A stretch of 64,000 nt of DNA, from NCBI GenBank assembly GCA_034520565.1, contig JAXHNL010000002.1:864001-928000 (forward strand). The letters run 5' to 3'. The stretch is from Halodesulfurarchaeum sp. (lineage in GTDB: Archaea > Halobacteriota > Halobacteria > Halobacteriales > Halobacteriaceae). Under the pieces are notes generated by a model that ran no database searches, was not told the origin of the DNA, and saw nothing but the letters and a program-made list of their open reading frames with translations. How positions within the stretch are numbered: position 1 is the first letter of the stretch; the number at the start of each line of letters is the position of its first letter. This document shows positions 43,676 to 55,705 of the stretch, in pieces. The translations under genes were made by a program, and so were the position numbers.

Positions 43676-44392
43676 ATGGGACGACGCATCCAGGGACAAC
43701 GACGCGGCCGCGGGTCGCCGACGTTCCGCGCACCCTCCCATCGCTACAAGGCCACCCTCTCCCACAAGGCCGAAGCGGGCGACCTCCTCGTGGGCGAAGT
43801 GACCGACATCGAACACGATCCCGCCCGGAGTGCCCCGGTCGCTCGCGTCGCCTTCGAAGACGGCGACGAGCGCCTGGTGCTCGCCCCGGAGGGCATCGGC
43901 GTTGGCGACCGGATCGAGGTCGGCATCTCCGCCGCCATCGAGCCGGGCAACACGCTGCCACTTTCCGAGATCCCGGAAGGGATTCCGATCGTCAACGTGG
44001 AGGCCCAGCCGGGCGACGGCGGCAAGTACGCCCGCGCCTCGGGCGTCAGCGCTGATCTGGTCACCCACGAACGGGACGCGGCAGTCGTCAAGCTCCCGAG
44101 TGACGAGGTCAAGCGGCTCTCGCCGGACTGCCGGGCGACCATCGGGGTCGTCGCCGGCGGTGGCCGGACCGAGAAGCCCTTTGTCAAGGCTGGATCGAAG
44201 TATCACAAGATGAAGTCCCGTGGCACGAAGTGGCCACGGGTTCGCGGGGTCGCGATGAACGCGGTCGACCACCCGTTCGGTGGTGGCGGTCGCCAGCATC
44301 CGGGCCGCCCGAAGAGCGTCTCGAAGAACGCCCCGCCGGGTCGGAAGGTCGGCGACCTCGGATCACGACGAACCGGCCGCGGAGGGAACTAA
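43676..44392 (+). CDS. rpl2: 50S ribosomal protein L2 (uL2)
   Basis: [25 protein letters not shown]. Confidence 0.98.
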   Translation: MGRRIQGQRRGRGSPTFRAPSHRYKATLSHKAEAGDLLVGEVTDIEHDPARSAPVARVAFEDGDERLVLAPEGIGVGDRIEVGISAAIEPGNTLPLSEIPEGIPIVNVEAQPGDGGKYARASGVSADLVTHERDAAVVKLPSDEVKRLSPDCRATIGVVAGGGRTEKPFVKAGSKYHKMKSRGTKWPRVRGVAMNAVDHPFGGGGRQHPGRPKSVSKNAPPGRKVGDLGSRRTGRGGN

Positions 44393-44393
44393 C

Positions 44394-44813
44394 ATGAGCG
44401 AACTACGAACCGGACGCGAAGGTGAGTTCACCTATCGCGGCTACGAACTCGAGGAGTTGCAGGACATGGAACTCGATGAAGTCGCGGAACTGCTTCCCGC
44501 ACGACAGCGGCGAACTATCACCCGTGGTCTCACAGAGGAGCATCGGAAGCTGCTCGAAGAAGCGCGAGACGCCGATCGAGAGGAGACGGCCAACGACCCG
44601 ATCCGGACACACCTGCGCGACATGCCGGTGCTGCCGGAGTTCGTCGGGCTCACGTTTGCCGTTTACACCGGCCAGAGCTTCGAACGCGTCGAGGTCCAGC
44701 CCGAAATGCTCGGGCACTACCTCGGCGAGTTCCAGCTCACGCGCACCCAGGTCGAGCACGGGCAGGCGGGCATCGGCGCGACCCGCTCTTCGAAGTTCGT
44801 GCCACTGAAATGA
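44394..44813 (+). CDS. rps19: 30S ribosomal protein S19 (uS19)
   Basis: [32 protein letters not shown]. Confidence 0.97.
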   Translation: MSELRTGREGEFTYRGYELEELQDMELDEVAELLPARQRRTITRGLTEEHRKLLEEARDADREETANDPIRTHLRDMPVLPEFVGLTFAVYTGQSFERVEVQPEMLGHYLGEFQLTRTQVEHGQAGIGATRSSKFVPLK

Positions 44814-44815
44814 GC

Positions 44816-45286
44816 ATGGGAATCAGTTACAGCGTCGAGGCCGACCCGGAGACCACCGCCAAGGGGATGCTCCGCGAGCGGCCCATCAGTCTGAAGCACA
44901 GCAAGGCCATCGCCCGGGCCATCAAGGGGCGAACGGTTCCGGACGCCCGGGACTACCTCGAGGCCGTCCGTGACGGCGAGCAGTCCGTCCCGTTCAAACA
45001 GCACAACAGCGGTGTCGGTCACCGTGGGGACATCGACGGCTGGGACGCCGGTCGCTACCCCGAGAAGGCCGCAAAGGCCTTCATCTCGCTTCTGGCCAAC
45101 GTCTCGAACAACGCCGAGCAGGCGGGCCACGAACCCGACGAGATGGAGATCGCCCACGTCGCCGCCCACAAGGTCGGCGAGCGACCCGGGCGCAAACCGC
45201 GTGCCTTCGGCCGCGCCTCTCCCTGGAACACCACGGAGGTCGACGTCGAGCTGATCGTCGAGACCCCCGAGGAGGGTGATACCTGA
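44816..45286 (+). CDS. rpl22: 50S ribosomal protein L22 (uL22)
   Basis: ISLKHS, GRYPEKAA, PRAFGRASP; alternative start at 44810. Confidence 0.97.
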   Translation: MGISYSVEADPETTAKGMLRERPISLKHSKAIARAIKGRTVPDARDYLEAVRDGEQSVPFKQHNSGVGHRGDIDGWDAGRYPEKAAKAFISLLANVSNNAEQAGHEPDEMEIAHVAAHKVGERPGRKPRAFGRASPWNTTEVDVELIVETPEEGDT

Positions 45287-46203
45287 TGGCGGACGAACTC
45301 GAGTTCATCGAGGAGGGCCTCCAGCGCTCCCAAATAGATGAGTTCTTCGCCGAGGAACTGGCCCGAGCGGGCTACGGCGGCATGGAAGTCGCCCACACCC
45401 CGATGGGGACCCAGATCGTCCTCGAAGCCGAGAAGCCCGGCATGGTCATCGGCAAGGGCGGGAAGAACATCCGGAAGATCACGACCGAACTCGAGGACCG
45501 GTTCAACCTCGAGGACCCACAGATCGACGTGCAGGAGGTCGAGGAACCGGATCTCAACGCCCAGATCGTCGCCGATCGACTTGCAAACGCGCTCGAGCGC
45601 GGCTGGTACTTCCGGAAGGCCGGTCACACCACGATCGACCGGATCATGGAAGCCGGCGCGCTCGGCGCCGAGATCATCCTGGCCGGGAAGGTGACCGGCG
45701 CCCGATCCCGCGTCGAGAAGTTCAACCGCGGCTACATCAAGCACAACGGCGAACCCGCCGAGGAGATCGTCGACGCGGGTCAGGCCGTCGCGGTCATGAA
45801 ACTCGGCACGATCGGGGTCAACGTGAAGATCATCCCGCCGAACGCCGAGCTGCCCGACGACTTCCGCATCGACGAGGAGGCGGACATCTCCGACCTCGTC
45901 GTCGAAGAGGAGGGCGAATCGGTCGAGGAACTCCTCGAAGGCGAACCCGAGGACCCGGATGCGGGTGCCGAGGACTTCGAGGAAGTCGAGACCCCCGGCG
46001 AGGAGTCACCGGCCGAAGCGGCTGACGTCGAGGAGGAACTCCTCGAGGACGTCGAGGAGGCAGACGGTGAGGAGGCCGATGCCGACGAGGAGGACACGGA
46101 CGAATCGGGCGAGGCGCCCGAAATCGAGGACGTCGACGCGGACGCCGAGGAGGAAGCCGAAGCGCTGCTCGACGAGATGGACGAGGAGGTGGACGAGGAA
46201 TGA
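45286..46203 (+). CDS. rps3: 30S ribosomal protein S3 (uS3) with acidic tail
   Basis: [12 protein letters not shown] motif, [20 protein letters not shown]. Confidence 0.97.
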   Translation: MADELEFIEEGLQRSQIDEFFAEELARAGYGGMEVAHTPMGTQIVLEAEKPGMVIGKGGKNIRKITTELEDRFNLEDPQIDVQEVEEPDLNAQIVADRLANALERGWYFRKAGHTTIDRIMEAGALGAEIILAGKVTGARSRVEKFNRGYIKHNGEPAEEIVDAGQAVAVMKLGTIGVNVKIIPPNAELPDDFRIDEEADISDLVVEEEGESVEELLEGEPEDPDAGAEDFEEVETPGEESPAEAADVEEELLEDVEEADGEEADADEEDTDESGEAPEIEDVDADAEEEAEALLDEMDEEVDEE

Positions 46204-46424
46204 CGATCCTGCATCCCACAGAGATTCGAGACATGACGCCCGCCGAGCGGGAGACCGAACTCGAAGAACTCGAAACCGAACTCCTCAACGCGAAGGCCGT
46301 GAAGGCCGCCGGTGGGGCCCCGGAAAACCCGGCCCGCATCAGCGAGCTCCGACGGACCGTCGCGCGGATCAAGACGATCCAGAACGAGGAGGGCGACGCG
46401 GTAGCGGAGGATCAATCAGAATAA
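46200..46424 (+). CDS. rpl29: 50S ribosomal protein L29 (uL29)
   Basis: [23 protein letters not shown]. Confidence 0.96.
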   Translation: MTILHPTEIRDMTPAERETELEELETELLNAKAVKAAGGAPENPARISELRRTVARIKTIQNEEGDAVAEDQSE

Positions 46425-46783
46425 TGCTCTCACCCGAGACGCTCACCGGTCACGAACTCGTCGGACTACCCGTCCGCGTGAGTACCTCGACCGACCCCAG
46501 CCGGGTCGGCATCGAGGGGACCGTCGTCGACGAGACGACGAAGACACTCGTGATCGAGCGTCCCTCGGGTGAGGCTGTGGTTCCCAAGGCGGGGACCGAA
46601 TTCACGTTCGCGATCACAGATGAAGCCGCGGCGTCCGCGAAGGACGCCGGGACCGTCTCCCAACCGCTCGAGTCGGCTGGCTCGACCGGCGAGGTGGCGG
46701 CCTCCGTTACGGTGGATGGCACGCACTTGCTCTCACGACCCGCCCGCAGAACCGTTTCAGGAGGACGATTACAATGGCGATAG
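46424..46783 (+). CDS. rnp1: Ribonuclease P protein component 1 (Rpp29)
   Basis: HELVGL.VRV..S.DP..VGIEGTVVDET..TL, VPK, VDG..L..RP; conserved position between rpl29 and rps17. Confidence 0.9.
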   Translation: MLSPETLTGHELVGLPVRVSTSTDPSRVGIEGTVVDETTKTLVIERPSGEAVVPKAGTEFTFAITDEAAASAKDAGTVSQPLESAGSTGEVAASVTVDGTHLLSRPARRTVSGGRLQWR

Positions 46784-47106
46784 GATTGAACGTAACGGAG
46801 CCGGAAGGCACCTGCGCCGATGACAACTGCCCGTTTCACGGAAGCCTTTCCGTGCGCGGGCAGGTCATCGAGGGCACGGTTGCCTCGACGGACATGGAGA
46901 AGACCGTCGTCGTCGAGCGGGAGTACGACGTCTACGTACCGAAATACGATCGGTACATGAAACGTCGTTCGCGCGTCGCGGCTCACGCCCCGGCGTGTTT
47001 CGATCTCGCGGTCGGCGACACGGTTCGAATCGCAGAGACACGACCGCTCTCGAAGACGAAGAGCCACGTCGTCGTCGAAATCGAAGCCGATGGGGGTGAC
47101 GCCTGA
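46774..47106 (+). CDS. rps17: 30S ribosomal protein S17 (uS17)
   Basis: [28 protein letters not shown]. Confidence 0.97.
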   Translation: MAIGLNVTEPEGTCADDNCPFHGSLSVRGQVIEGTVASTDMEKTVVVEREYDVYVPKYDRYMKRRSRVAAHAPACFDLAVGDTVRIAETRPLSKTKSHVVVEIEADGGDA

Positions 47107-47504
47107 TGGAAGCCATCAAGGCCGATGTCACCCCGGGCCTCGAGAAGGGTTCGCTGATCACCTGTGCCGACAACACGGGTGCACGCGAACTCAAGGTCAT
47201 CAGCGTTTCCGGATACCAGGGAACGATCAACCGGCACCCGAAAGCCGGCCTGGGGGATACCGTGACCGTTTCGGTCACCAAAGGAACCCCTGAGATGCGC
47301 CGACAGGTACTCGAGGCCGTCATCGTGCGACAGCGCAAGCCCATCCGACGACCGGACGGGACTCGCGTGAAGTTCGAGGACAACGCAGCCGTCATCATCG
47401 ACGACATGGGCGAGCCGCGGGGCACGGAGATCAAGGGCCCCATCGCCCGCGAAGTCGCAGAGCGGTACGGAAGCATCGCCTCGACGGCGACCATGATCGT
47501 ATAG
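47106..47504 (+). CDS. rpl14: 50S ribosomal protein L14 (uL14)
   Basis: [23 protein letters not shown]. Confidence 0.97.
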   Translation: MEAIKADVTPGLEKGSLITCADNTGARELKVISVSGYQGTINRHPKAGLGDTVTVSVTKGTPEMRRQVLEAVIVRQRKPIRRPDGTRVKFEDNAAVIIDDMGEPRGTEIKGPIAREVAERYGSIASTATMIV

Positions 47505-47506
47505 CC

Positions 47507-47868
47507 ATGAGTGAACAACCAACAAAACAACGCACCGCGGTCGACCGGGCGCCGCTCCACGAGCGACACCGCCAGGTCCGGGCCACGCTCAGCGACGACC
47601 TCCGAGAGGAGTACGACCAGCGCAACGTGACCGTCAACGCCGGTGACACCGTCAAAGTGCTCCGCGGCGATTACGCCGGAGAGGAAGGCGAGGTCATCAA
47701 GGTGGACCTCAAAGCGGCCGTCGTCCACGTGGAGGACGTCACCCAGGAGACCGTCGAGGGCGAGGACGTGCCTCGGCCCCTCGACGCGTCGAACCTGCAG
47801 GTCACGAAACTCGACCTGGACGATCCGGTGCGACGAGGACGCGCCTCGAGGAAGGTGACGACAGCATG
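47507..47868 (+). CDS. rpl24: 50S ribosomal protein L24 (uL24); 3' end disrupted by apparent errors, end approximate
   Basis: QP.KQR, APLHER, GDTVKVLRGD, PLDASNL. Confidence 0.92.
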
Positions 47869-48744
47869 GCGACGGCACCGGAAGCGGCTCTCGGTGCCCG
47901 AGTCGTGGCCGGTCGAGCGGAAGACCGACCACGTTCACCGTCGAAGGCGGACGCCGGGCCCGCACGGCGAGAGCAGGCGCGCGTCCCCTGCGTCATCGTG
48001 CTGCGGGACGTGCTCGGCTACGTGGACACCGCGCACGGAGGCCGCCTGCTCGCGGCGAGGACTTCAGGTGGGGCGCTCGTCAACGGCGACAGCCGTCAGC
48101 AACGAGGCGCGTCCCGACCGGGATCGTATCGACATCGTCGGCGTTCGTCCGGATCGAGACGGAGTACTGCCGCGCTGTTCCCCGACGAAGGCGGGCCAGG
48201 CTACGGCGCTGTCCCGGCAATCGACGAGGCCGACGCCGGCTCGAAGCTCGGGCGGGTCATCGGCGAAGACCGCTGGTCGGCGGCGGCACGGGTCCAGCTT
48301 GAACGCTCCACGACGGGGCCAGACCCTCGGCGACCGAGGACGGCGAGTACCGCGGCAAGGACTCGCATGGTCGTCGACAACGAGGAGCGCAGGAGATCGT
48401 CACGCGCGCTTCCCGTACGAGCGAGGTCAGCTGCGTCGCCGGCCGTCGCCGGCACAGCACGCCGGCGAGATCGGCGCCATCGCGGAGATCAGCGGTCGCT
48501 GCCGGCTGCGCCCCGAACAGGCGTCGCCGTGGAGACGACGACGGCGAGCTTCGAGACCGTCGAGGAGTACGTGGTCGTCATCGACGAGAACTTCGTCGCG
48601 GACGACGGCACCCTCCCCGGCGAGGACGAGGCCACCGAGAGCGAGGATGCATCGGACGAATCCGAGTCCACAGCGGAGGCCGAAAGCGTTTCGGCCGAGG
48701 ACGACGCGGAAACCGAAACTGCAGCCGAGGAGGATGAAGAATAA
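47866..48744 (+). CDS. rps4e: 30S ribosomal protein S4e (eS4); many apparent frameshifts
   Basis: H.KRLSVPESWPVERKT, IVLRDVLGY, FPDEGG, HAGEIG, FETVEEYVVVIDENF across frames. Confidence 0.88.
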   Translation: MATAPEAALGARVVAGRAEDRPRSPSKADAGPARREQARVPCVIVLRDVLGYVDTAHGGRLLAARTSGGALVNGDSRQQRGASRPGSYRHRRRSSGSRRSTAALFPDEGGPGYGAVPAIDEADAGSKLGRVIGEDRWSAAARVQLERSTTGPDPRRPRTASTAARTRMVVDNEERRRSSRALPVRARSAASPAVAGTARRRDRRHRGDQRSLPAAPRTGVAVETTTASFETVEEYVVVIDENFVADDGTLPGEDEATESEDASDESESTAEAESVSAEDDAETETAAEEDEE

Positions 48745-49291
48745 TGGCGAGTGCCGAATCCGAGTTCCACGAAATGCGGGAACCCCAGATCGAGAAAGTC
48801 GTCGTCCACATGGGCGTCGGCCACGGTGGGGAGGGTCGCCGGCTGGCCGAACGCCAACTGCTGAGGGAGATCGCAGGGCCGAGCAGCCGGTCCGCACGAC
48901 CGCGAAGAAGACCGAGCCGGAGTTCGGGATCCGCGAGGGTGACCCGATCGGGGCGAAAGTCACGGTCCGCGGCGAGGCAGGCCGTGAAGATTCCCTCGCA
49001 AGACGGGCGCTCGAGCATCGCGACGAGCTCTCGGCCTCGCAGTTCGACCAGGTCGGGGAACGTCGACTTCGGCGTCGAGGAGCACACCGACTTCCCGGGG
49101 CCGGGAGTACGACCCGAACAAGGGGATCTTCGGGCTGGACGTGACGGTCGGCAACCCTGGTCCGACCCGGCTATCGCATCTCCAAGCGCGATCAGGCCAG
49201 TCGCCAGATCCCGTCGAAACACCGGCTGACGGTCGAGGACGCCATCGCGTTCCTCGAGGATGCGAGTACGACGTGGAGGTGAGCGCATCGA
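48744..49291 (+). CDS. rpl5: 50S ribosomal protein L5 (uL5); apparent frameshifts
   Basis: [47 protein letters not shown]. Confidence 0.92.
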
Positions 49292-49466
49292 GCGAGAGCA
49301 GACAGACAAGACCGGAGAGCAGACCGGCCGAAGCGGACGGCCGAACTGCAGACTGCCCAGCACTGCGGCCGCGAGCAGGGCCTCGTCGGGAAGTACGACA
49401 TCTGGCTGTGTCGCCAGGTGCTTCCGGGAGATCGCCCCCGACATGGGATTCAAGAAGTACAGCTAA
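49287..49466 (+). CDS. rps14: 30S ribosomal protein S14 (uS14, Zn-type); apparent frameshifts
   Basis: [33 protein letters not shown] across frames; start codon disrupted by one inserted base. Confidence 0.88.
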   Translation: MEREQTDKTGEQTGRSGRPNCRLPSTAAASRASSGSTTSGCVARCFREIAPDMGFKKYS

Positions 49467-49468
49467 CT

Positions 49469-49861
49469 ATGACGGCAGACGACCCACTGGCCAACGCGCT
49501 TTCGGGTATCGACAACGCGGAGAGCGTTGGGCAGTTGACACACACGGTAACGCCCGCCTCGAACGAGATCGGTGCGGTACTCGAGGTCCTTTACGACCGC
49601 GGGTACATCGGCGGCTTCGAATACGTCGATGACGGCCGCGCCGGCACCTTCGAGGTCGAACTGACGGGGTCCATCAACGAGTGTGGGCCCGTGAACCCGC
49701 GATACTCGTCGGGCGTGGACGACCTCGAGCAGTGGGAGAAACGGTTTCTCCCGGCTCGGGATTACGGCACGCTCATCGTGACGACTTCCAGCGGGATCAT
49801 GAGCCACTACGAGGCCCGGGAGAAGGGCATCGGTGGCCAGCTCATCGCGTACGTATATTGA
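49469..49861 (+). CDS. rps8: 30S ribosomal protein S8 (uS8)
   Basis: [38 protein letters not shown]. Confidence 0.97.
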   Translation: MTADDPLANALSGIDNAESVGQLTHTVTPASNEIGAVLEVLYDRGYIGGFEYVDDGRAGTFEVELTGSINECGPVNPRYSSGVDDLEQWEKRFLPARDYGTLIVTTSSGIMSHYEAREKGIGGQLIAYVY

Positions 49862-49863
49862 AA

Positions 49864-50417
49864 ATGACACGAACCGATATCCAACTACCCGAATCCGTAA
49901 CCGCGACGACCGATCGGTTCGACCTCACCGATCTGGCCGGGCGGAACGGTCAGCGTCGCCCGGCGGCTCTGGTTCCGGGCCGGGATGTCGTTTGCGAGTC
50001 GACGACGAGGGCGACCATCGGAGCGTCATCGAGGCTGACGCCGAAGACGCCAAGACGAACGCGACGGTGGGGACCTTCGAGAGCCACGTGGCAAACATGA
50101 TCCACGGGGTCACCGAAGGCTTCGAGTACCGGATGCAGATCCACTACTCTCACTTCCCCATGCAGGTTTCAGTCGAAGACGAAGCGGTCGTGATCCAGAA
50201 CTTCCTCGGCGAGACGGCGCCCCGACGGGCGCCCATCCGGGGCGACACGGAGGTACAGGTCGACGGCGACGAGATCACCCTCAGCGGCTCCGACAAGGAG
50301 GCCGTGGGGCAGACCGCCGGCGAGATCGAACAACTCACTCGGATTTCCGACAAGGATACACGCGTCTTCCAGGACGGCGTGTACATCGTCGAGAAACCCG
50401 GCCGTGGAGGTGCCTGA
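49864..50417 (+). CDS. rpl6: 50S ribosomal protein L6 (uL6); apparent frameshifts near the 5' end
   Basis: [35 protein letters not shown]. Confidence 0.93.
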
Positions 50418-50418
50418 G

Positions 50419-51147
50419 ATGAGCGACGAAACGGACGTCGAGGAGCGCGAACTCGAAGACATCAGTGGGATCGGCCCCTCCAAAGCGGATACGCTCCGCG
50501 AGGGGGGCTACGAGACGATCGACGGACGTCGCGGCCGCGAGCCAGTCGGACCTGGCCGACGTCGACGGCATCGGGAACGCGCTCGCCGCGCGGATCAAGG
50601 CCGACGTCGGCGGCCTCGAGGTCGACGAAGAGACCGAGGCCGAGGTCGAGGAGCGAGGAGGCCGAGGAAGCCGAGACGACGACGGAGGACGTCGAGACGG
50701 AACTGCGCCCGAAGGGCGTGGCCGAGAAGACGCCGGACCTCGACGACGAGCGGGCACGACTGCTCGCCCAGCGATCTCGGGAGGGCAAACCCGCCTTCAA
50801 CCAGCAGGACCACCACAAGAAAAAGCGCGACGCCCGACGTCCTGGCGCAGCCCGCGTGGCGGCCTCTCGAAGCAGCGACGCGGGCATCAAGGGCAAGGGG
50901 GCGACAGGTCGAGGCCGGCTTCCGGACCCCGACTGCCGTCCGCGGCCTGCATCCCAGCGGTTTCGAGGAGGTCCTGGTCCACCGACCGGCCGACCTCGAG
51001 GACGTCGACCCGGACCGGGAGGCGGTCCGGATCGCCAGTGCCGTCGGGGGGCGAAAGCGCGAACGCATCGAGGAGCTCGCGGCCGACGACGAGATCCGCG
51101 TGCTCAACCCCACTTACGAGGAAGTCGAGGTGACCGAGAATGAGTGA
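50419..51147 (+). CDS. rpl32e: 50S ribosomal protein L32e with N-terminal HhH extension; apparent frameshifts
   Basis: [54 protein letters not shown]. Confidence 0.9.
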   Translation: MSDETDVEERELEDISGIGPSKADTLREGGYETIDGRRGREPVGPGRRRRHRERARRADQGRRRRPRGRRRDRGRGRGARRPRKPRRRRRTSRRNCARRAWPRRRRTSTTSGHDCSPSDLGRANPPSTSRTTTRKSATPDVLAQPAWRPLEAATRASRARGRQVEAGFRTPTAVRGLHPSGFEEVLVHRPADLEDVDPDREAVRIASAVGGRKRERIEELAADDEIRVLNPTYEEVEVTENE

Positions 51148-51604
51148 CCTCTCCACACAGAAACGACTCGCCGCCGACGTTCTCGACGTCGGCGAGAACC
51201 GGATCTGGCTCGATCCGAACGCCCAGGGCGAGATCGCCGAGGCGATCACCCGCGAGGACGTTCGCGAACTGGTCGACGAGGGACGCATTCGGGCAGAGGA
51301 CGCCGGCGGCAACTCGCGCGGTCGCGCCCGCGAGCGACAACGAGAAACGCGCCTACGGCCACCAGCAAGGGCCCGGGCACCCGCAAAGGGAAAGCCGGGG
51401 CGCGGTCGGAACCGAGAAGGACGAGTGGCAGTAACCGCATCCGCGCCCAGCGGCGCAGCTCCGACGAACTCCGCGACGACGGCGACGCTCGACCCCGACT
51501 GCAGTACCGCGAAGCTGTACAACATGGCGAGCGGTGGCGAGTTCGACAGCGTCCGCCGACTGAAGGCGTACATCGACAACAACTACGAGATGACTCGACA
51601 CTGA
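51140..51604 (+). CDS. rpl19e: 50S ribosomal protein L19e; apparent frameshifts
   Basis: [40 protein letters not shown]. Confidence 0.93.
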   Translation: MSDLSTQKRLAADVLDVGENRIWLDPNAQGEIAEAITREDVRELVDEGRIRAEDAGGNSRGRARERQRETRLRPPARARAPAKGKPGRGRNREGRVAVTASAPSGAAPTNSATTATLDPDCSTAKLYNMASGGEFDSVRRLKAYIDNNYEMTRH

Positions 51605-52161
51605 TGGCAACAGGACCACGATACAAGGTACCGATGCGGCGACGCCGCGAGGTCCGGACAGACTACCATCAGCGGTTGCGCCTGCTGAAATCCGGCAAGC
51701 CCCGACTGGTTGCTCGCGTGAGCAACCAGCACGCCAGGGCGCAGCTGGTGACCCTCGGTCCTGACGGAGACGAAACGATCGCAAAGGCGATGTCGGCCGA
51801 CCTGGCCGACTTCGGTTGGGAGGCTCCGACGGGGAACCTTCCGGCGGCCTACCTGACCGGCCTGTTGGCCGGGACGCGGGCCCTCGACGCGGGACTGTCG
51901 ACGAGGCGGTCCTCGACATCGGCCTCAACACGGCGACGCCCGGCGCGAAGGTGTTCGCCGTCCAGGAGGGTGCCATCGACGCCGGACTCGAGGTCCCGCA
52001 CAACGAGTCGGTCTTCGCCGACTGGGAGCGGACCCGCGGCGAGCACATCGCCGAGTACGCCGAGCACAGCTCGACGAGCCGCTCTACAGCGGCGAGTTCG
52101 ACGCGACGGAGCTGCCGAGCACTTCGACGAGGTGCGGGAGACCCTCATGGAGGACGACTGA
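51604..52161 (+). CDS. rpl18: 50S ribosomal protein L18 (uL18); apparent frameshifts
   Basis: [47 protein letters not shown]. Confidence 0.94.
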   Translation: MATGPRYKVPMRRRREVRTDYHQRLRLLKSGKPRLVARVSNQHARAQLVTLGPDGDETIAKAMSADLADFGWEAPTGNLPAAYLTGLLAGTRALDAGLSTRRSSTSASTRRRPARRCSPSRRVPSTPDSRSRTTSRSSPTGSGPAASTSPSTPSTARRAALQRRVRRDGAAEHFDEVRETLMEDD

Positions 52162-52165
52162 GTCG

Positions 52166-52806
52166 ATGAGCAACGACGGCTGGGAACCGCACGACCCGGC
52201 TCGGCCAGCAGGTACCGAGGACGGCGAGATCGAGGACGATGGCGGCCGCCCTCAACTCCGGGCTTCCCCTGAAGGAACCGGAGATCGTCGACACGCTCCT
52301 GCCGGGGCTCGACGACGAGGTACTGGACATCAACATGGTCCAGCGGATGACCGACTCCGGCCGCCGCGTGAAGTTTCGCGTGGCCGTCGTCGTCGGGAAC
52401 CGCGACGGCTTCGTCGGCTACGCCGAAGGTCGCGACGATCAGGTCGGCGGGGCGATCCAGAAAGCCATCGACATCGCGAAACTGAACATCATCGACGTCT
52501 CCCGGGGCTGTGGGTCCTGGGAGTGTGGCTGTGGGCTTCCCCACACTGTCGCGCTCCGAACGACCGGCAAGGCCGGGAGCGTCGAAGTCGAACTGATTCC
52601 CGCGCCGCGCGGCCTCGGGCTCGCGGCCGGCGAGACCGTCCGGCACGGTCCTCGAACTCGCCGGGATCGAGGACATCTGGACCCGCTCCTCCGGGAAGAC
52701 CCGGAGTACGGTCAACTTCGGGAAGGCGACGTTCAACGCCCTCAAGCGGACGACCGAGGCCCGGGTCCCCGACCGCACCCTCGAGGTGCGCGAGGTGATC
52801 GAGTGA
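52166..52806 (+). CDS. rps5: 30S ribosomal protein S5 (uS5); apparent frameshifts
   Basis: [32 protein letters not shown]. Confidence 0.94.
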
Positions 52807-53273
52807 TGCAGGCAGTCGTGCAGATCCGCGGCGATGTCACCATGACCGGAGCCGTCGAGGACACCCTCGACATGCTCAACCTTCACGGGGTCAACCAGTG
52901 TACGCTGATTCCGGAAACTGACACCTACCGTGGCATGCTCACGAAAGTCAACGACTACGTTGCCTTCGGCGAGCCAAGCCAGGCGGTCCTGGAGACGGTG
53001 CTGTCGAAACGGGCCGAACCCCTCGAGGGTGACGCCGACGTCGACGACGACTGGCTCGCCGAGTACACCGAGTACGACGACGTTCGAGCGCTGGCCGAGG
53101 CGCTGCTCGCGGAGGAGACGACGCTGCGCGAGCAGGGGCTCTCGCCGACGTCCTGCGCCTGCACCCGCCCCGCGGCGGCCACGACGGCATCAAGCACCCG
53201 ACCAAGGAGGGCGGCCAACTCGGCACCCACAGTACCGAGGACGATCGACGAACTCCTCGAGGCGATGCGATAA
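52806..53273 (+). CDS. rpl30: 50S ribosomal protein L30 (uL30); apparent compensating frameshifts near the 3' end
   Basis: [29 protein letters not shown]; [12 protein letters not shown] in an alternative frame. Confidence 0.93.
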   Translation: MQAVVQIRGDVTMTGAVEDTLDMLNLHGVNQCTLIPETDTYRGMLTKVNDYVAFGEPSQAVLETVLSKRAEPLEGDADVDDDWLAEYTEYDDVRALAEALLAEETTLREQGLSPTSCACTRPAAATTASSTRPRRAANSAPTVPRTIDELLEAMR

Positions 53274-53275
53274 CC

Positions 53276-53791
53276 ATGACGAGCAAGAAACGACGCCAGC
53301 GCGGCAGCCGAACGCACGGCGGCGGCACCCACAAGAACCGGCGTGGGGCCGGTCATCGCGGGGGCCGCGGCCGCGCCGGCCGTGACAAACACGAGTATCA
53401 CCACTACGAGCCGCTCGGCAAGAGCGGCTTCAAGCGCCGCAGGAGCACCGGACGACGAGCGTCGAGAGGTCACAGCTCCGCGAGACTCGACGAGGACGCC
53501 GCTCCTCGTCGAGCCGGCGACGGTGGCCGAGGAGGACCGACGACGGCTACCGGATCGACGCGCGCGACGTCGTCGAGGACGAGCCACGGACGCCGACGTC
53601 GGTGAAGGTCCTCGGCGCGCGGGCAGGTCCGCCGACGCAGCTCGAGGTCGCCGCGGACGCGTTCTCGGACGGCGCCGCGCCGAGGCGATCGAGGCCGCCG
53701 GCGGTCGAGCGTGCTCTCGACGCGCTGGTCGAAGCGGCGCCGCCGAAGCGACCGAAGAGCACGACGGTACCGGACGACGATCGAGGACTGA
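53276..53791 (+). CDS. rpl15: 50S ribosomal protein L15 (uL15); apparent frameshifts
   Basis: [32 protein letters not shown]. Confidence 0.92.
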
Positions 53792-53794
53792 CCC

Positions 53795-55291
53795 ATGGGC
53801 TGGAAGGAGGCCGCCGAACCGGTATCTCACCCGGATGCCCTCGGTCCAGCGACCAACGGGCCACGTCCCGTTCAAGCGCAAGCTCGCCTGGACGGCCGGC
53901 GTCCTGGTGCTGTACTTCTTCCTGACGAACGTCTTCCTCTACGGGCTGCGCAGGCGGGCCAGGTAGCGACGCGTTCGGGCAGTTCCGCAGCCGATCCTCG
54001 CGGGCGGCCAGGGAACGATCCTGCAGCTCGGGATCGGGCCGATCGTCACCGGCGTCGCATCGTCCTGCAGCTGCTCGGCGGGGCCGAACCTCCTCGGCCT
54101 CGACACGCAACAACCCGCGCGACCAGGCGCTCTACCAGGGCCTCCAGAAAGTCCTCGTCATCGTGATGACCGCGCTGACGGCGCTTCCGATGGTGTTCAC
54201 CGGCAACTTCCTGCCGGCGAGCGCCGGCGACTCGCCCGGCGGCTGCGGCATCGGAACCTTCGGGGTCCAGACCCTGATCTTCGCCCAGATCTTCGTGGGC
54301 GGGCTCCTCATCCTGTACATGGACGAGGTCATCTCGAAGTGGGGTGTCGGATCCGGGATCGGCCTGTTCATCGTCGCCGGCGTCTCCCAGAGTCTCGTCG
54401 GCGGGCTGTTCTTCTGGGAGGGGGCGGTCGGCAACGAGGGCGTGATCCCGACGTGGATCGACATCGCCCTCGGCAACGCCGGCCAGATGCCGTCGATCGC
54501 TCACCTCGAGTGGACTCCACGATCCTCCTCGATCGAGCGGTCAGATCCTCGCGATCATCACGACCATCGTGATCTTCTCGATCGTCGTGTACGCCGAATC
54601 CGTCCGCGTCGAGATCCCGCTCAGTCACGCTCGCGTGAAGGGCGCCCGGGGCCGCTTCCCGGTGAAGCTCATCTACGCCAGCGTGCTGCCGATGATCCTC
54701 GTCCGGGCGCTGCAGGCGAACGTACAGTTCCTCGGGCGACTGCTCTACAGCCAGCTCGGGGAGGGGTTGCCGACCTGGGTCGGGGTCTACACCGAAGCCC
54801 AGGGGCAAGTCTATCCGGTCGACGGGTTGTTCTACTATCTGGCGCCGATCTACCAGCGATCCGACTGGATGTGGTGGCTCGGCGGGACGGCCCAGGACCC
54901 GGCCCAGATCCTGTTACGGGTCTCGGTGGACCTCTTCATCATGATCGTCGGCGGGGCCATCTTCGCCATCTTCTGGGTGGAGACCGCCGACATGGGCCCG
55001 AAGGCGACGGCCCAGCAGATCCAGAACTCGGGGATGCAGATCCCCGGCTTCCGGCAGAACGTCGGGGTCATCGAGAAGGTCATGGAGCGCTACATCCCGC
55101 AGGTGACGATCATGGGCGGCGCCCTCGTGGGGCTGCTCGCCGTCATGGCCAACATGCTCGGCACCATCGGGCAGGTCTCCGGAACGGGGCTGCTGCTGAC
55201 GATCTCCATCATCTACAAGCTCTACGAGGAGATCGCCGAAGAGCAGATGATGGAGATGCACCCGATGATGCGCCAGATGTTCCAGGAGTAG
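53795..55291 (+). CDS. secY: Preprotein translocase subunit SecY; apparent frameshifts in the 5' half
   Basis: [65 protein letters not shown]. Confidence 0.96.
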
Positions 55292-55306
55292 CGACTGGAA
55301 CTGGCG

Positions 55307-55346
55307 TTTTTTCAGGTTGTATAGTCTAAGGAGGAGTTTTTTTTTT
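55307..55346 (+). terminator. Oligo-T tracts downstream of secY (candidate archaeal terminator)
   Basis: T6 at 55307-55312 and T10 at 55337-55346, directly after the superoperon. Confidence 0.5.
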
Positions 55347-55539
55347 AAATATCCCGACCCGATGTAGAACCAGTCTCGCGGCTCAATCACTACGTCTGTT
55401 ATTTGACTAGTCCATGCTGATGAACCTAGACATGCGATTCGGTACGTCGTTCGAGAATTATCACCAGGAGTCTATGTCCGCTCGGAGTCGAAACGGCTCG
55501 AACGCTTTTCCATATACGTCGGTATAGCAAACGTATACC

Positions 55540-55705
55540 ATGTCACGTGCGGAAATGACGTTAAATAACGAGGAGCCGGAGATGACCCCGGTCAATCTCC
55601 GGGCAAGCGAGGCCTTCCTCGAAGACATCGATACCATGTGGAAAGAAGCAGGACCCAATTCCCGCAGTGAATTCCTGCGGTACGCCATCAGTGATGCGGT
55701 TACCA
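55540..55705 (+). pseudogene. Ribbon-helix-helix (CopG-like) regulator/antitoxin remnant
   Basis: TPVNLRASEAFLEDIDTMWKEAGPNSRSEFLRYAISDAV, after which the frame reads into AT-rich non-haloarchaeal-like sequence to 55869; inverted repeat TATACGT-N11-ACGTATA just before the ATG. Confidence 0.6.

Noticed and set aside
45880-46203. Low-complexity acidic tail of uS3 as a novel repeat
   Set aside because: Long acidic uS3 tails are a known general feature of haloarchaea.
47830-54560. Mass pseudogenisation or programmed frameshifting of ribosomal protein genes and secY
   Set aside because: These genes are essential, the indels are numerous and irregular with no consistent slippery motif, and the encoded residues remain conserved; a sequencing or consensus error is far more likely.
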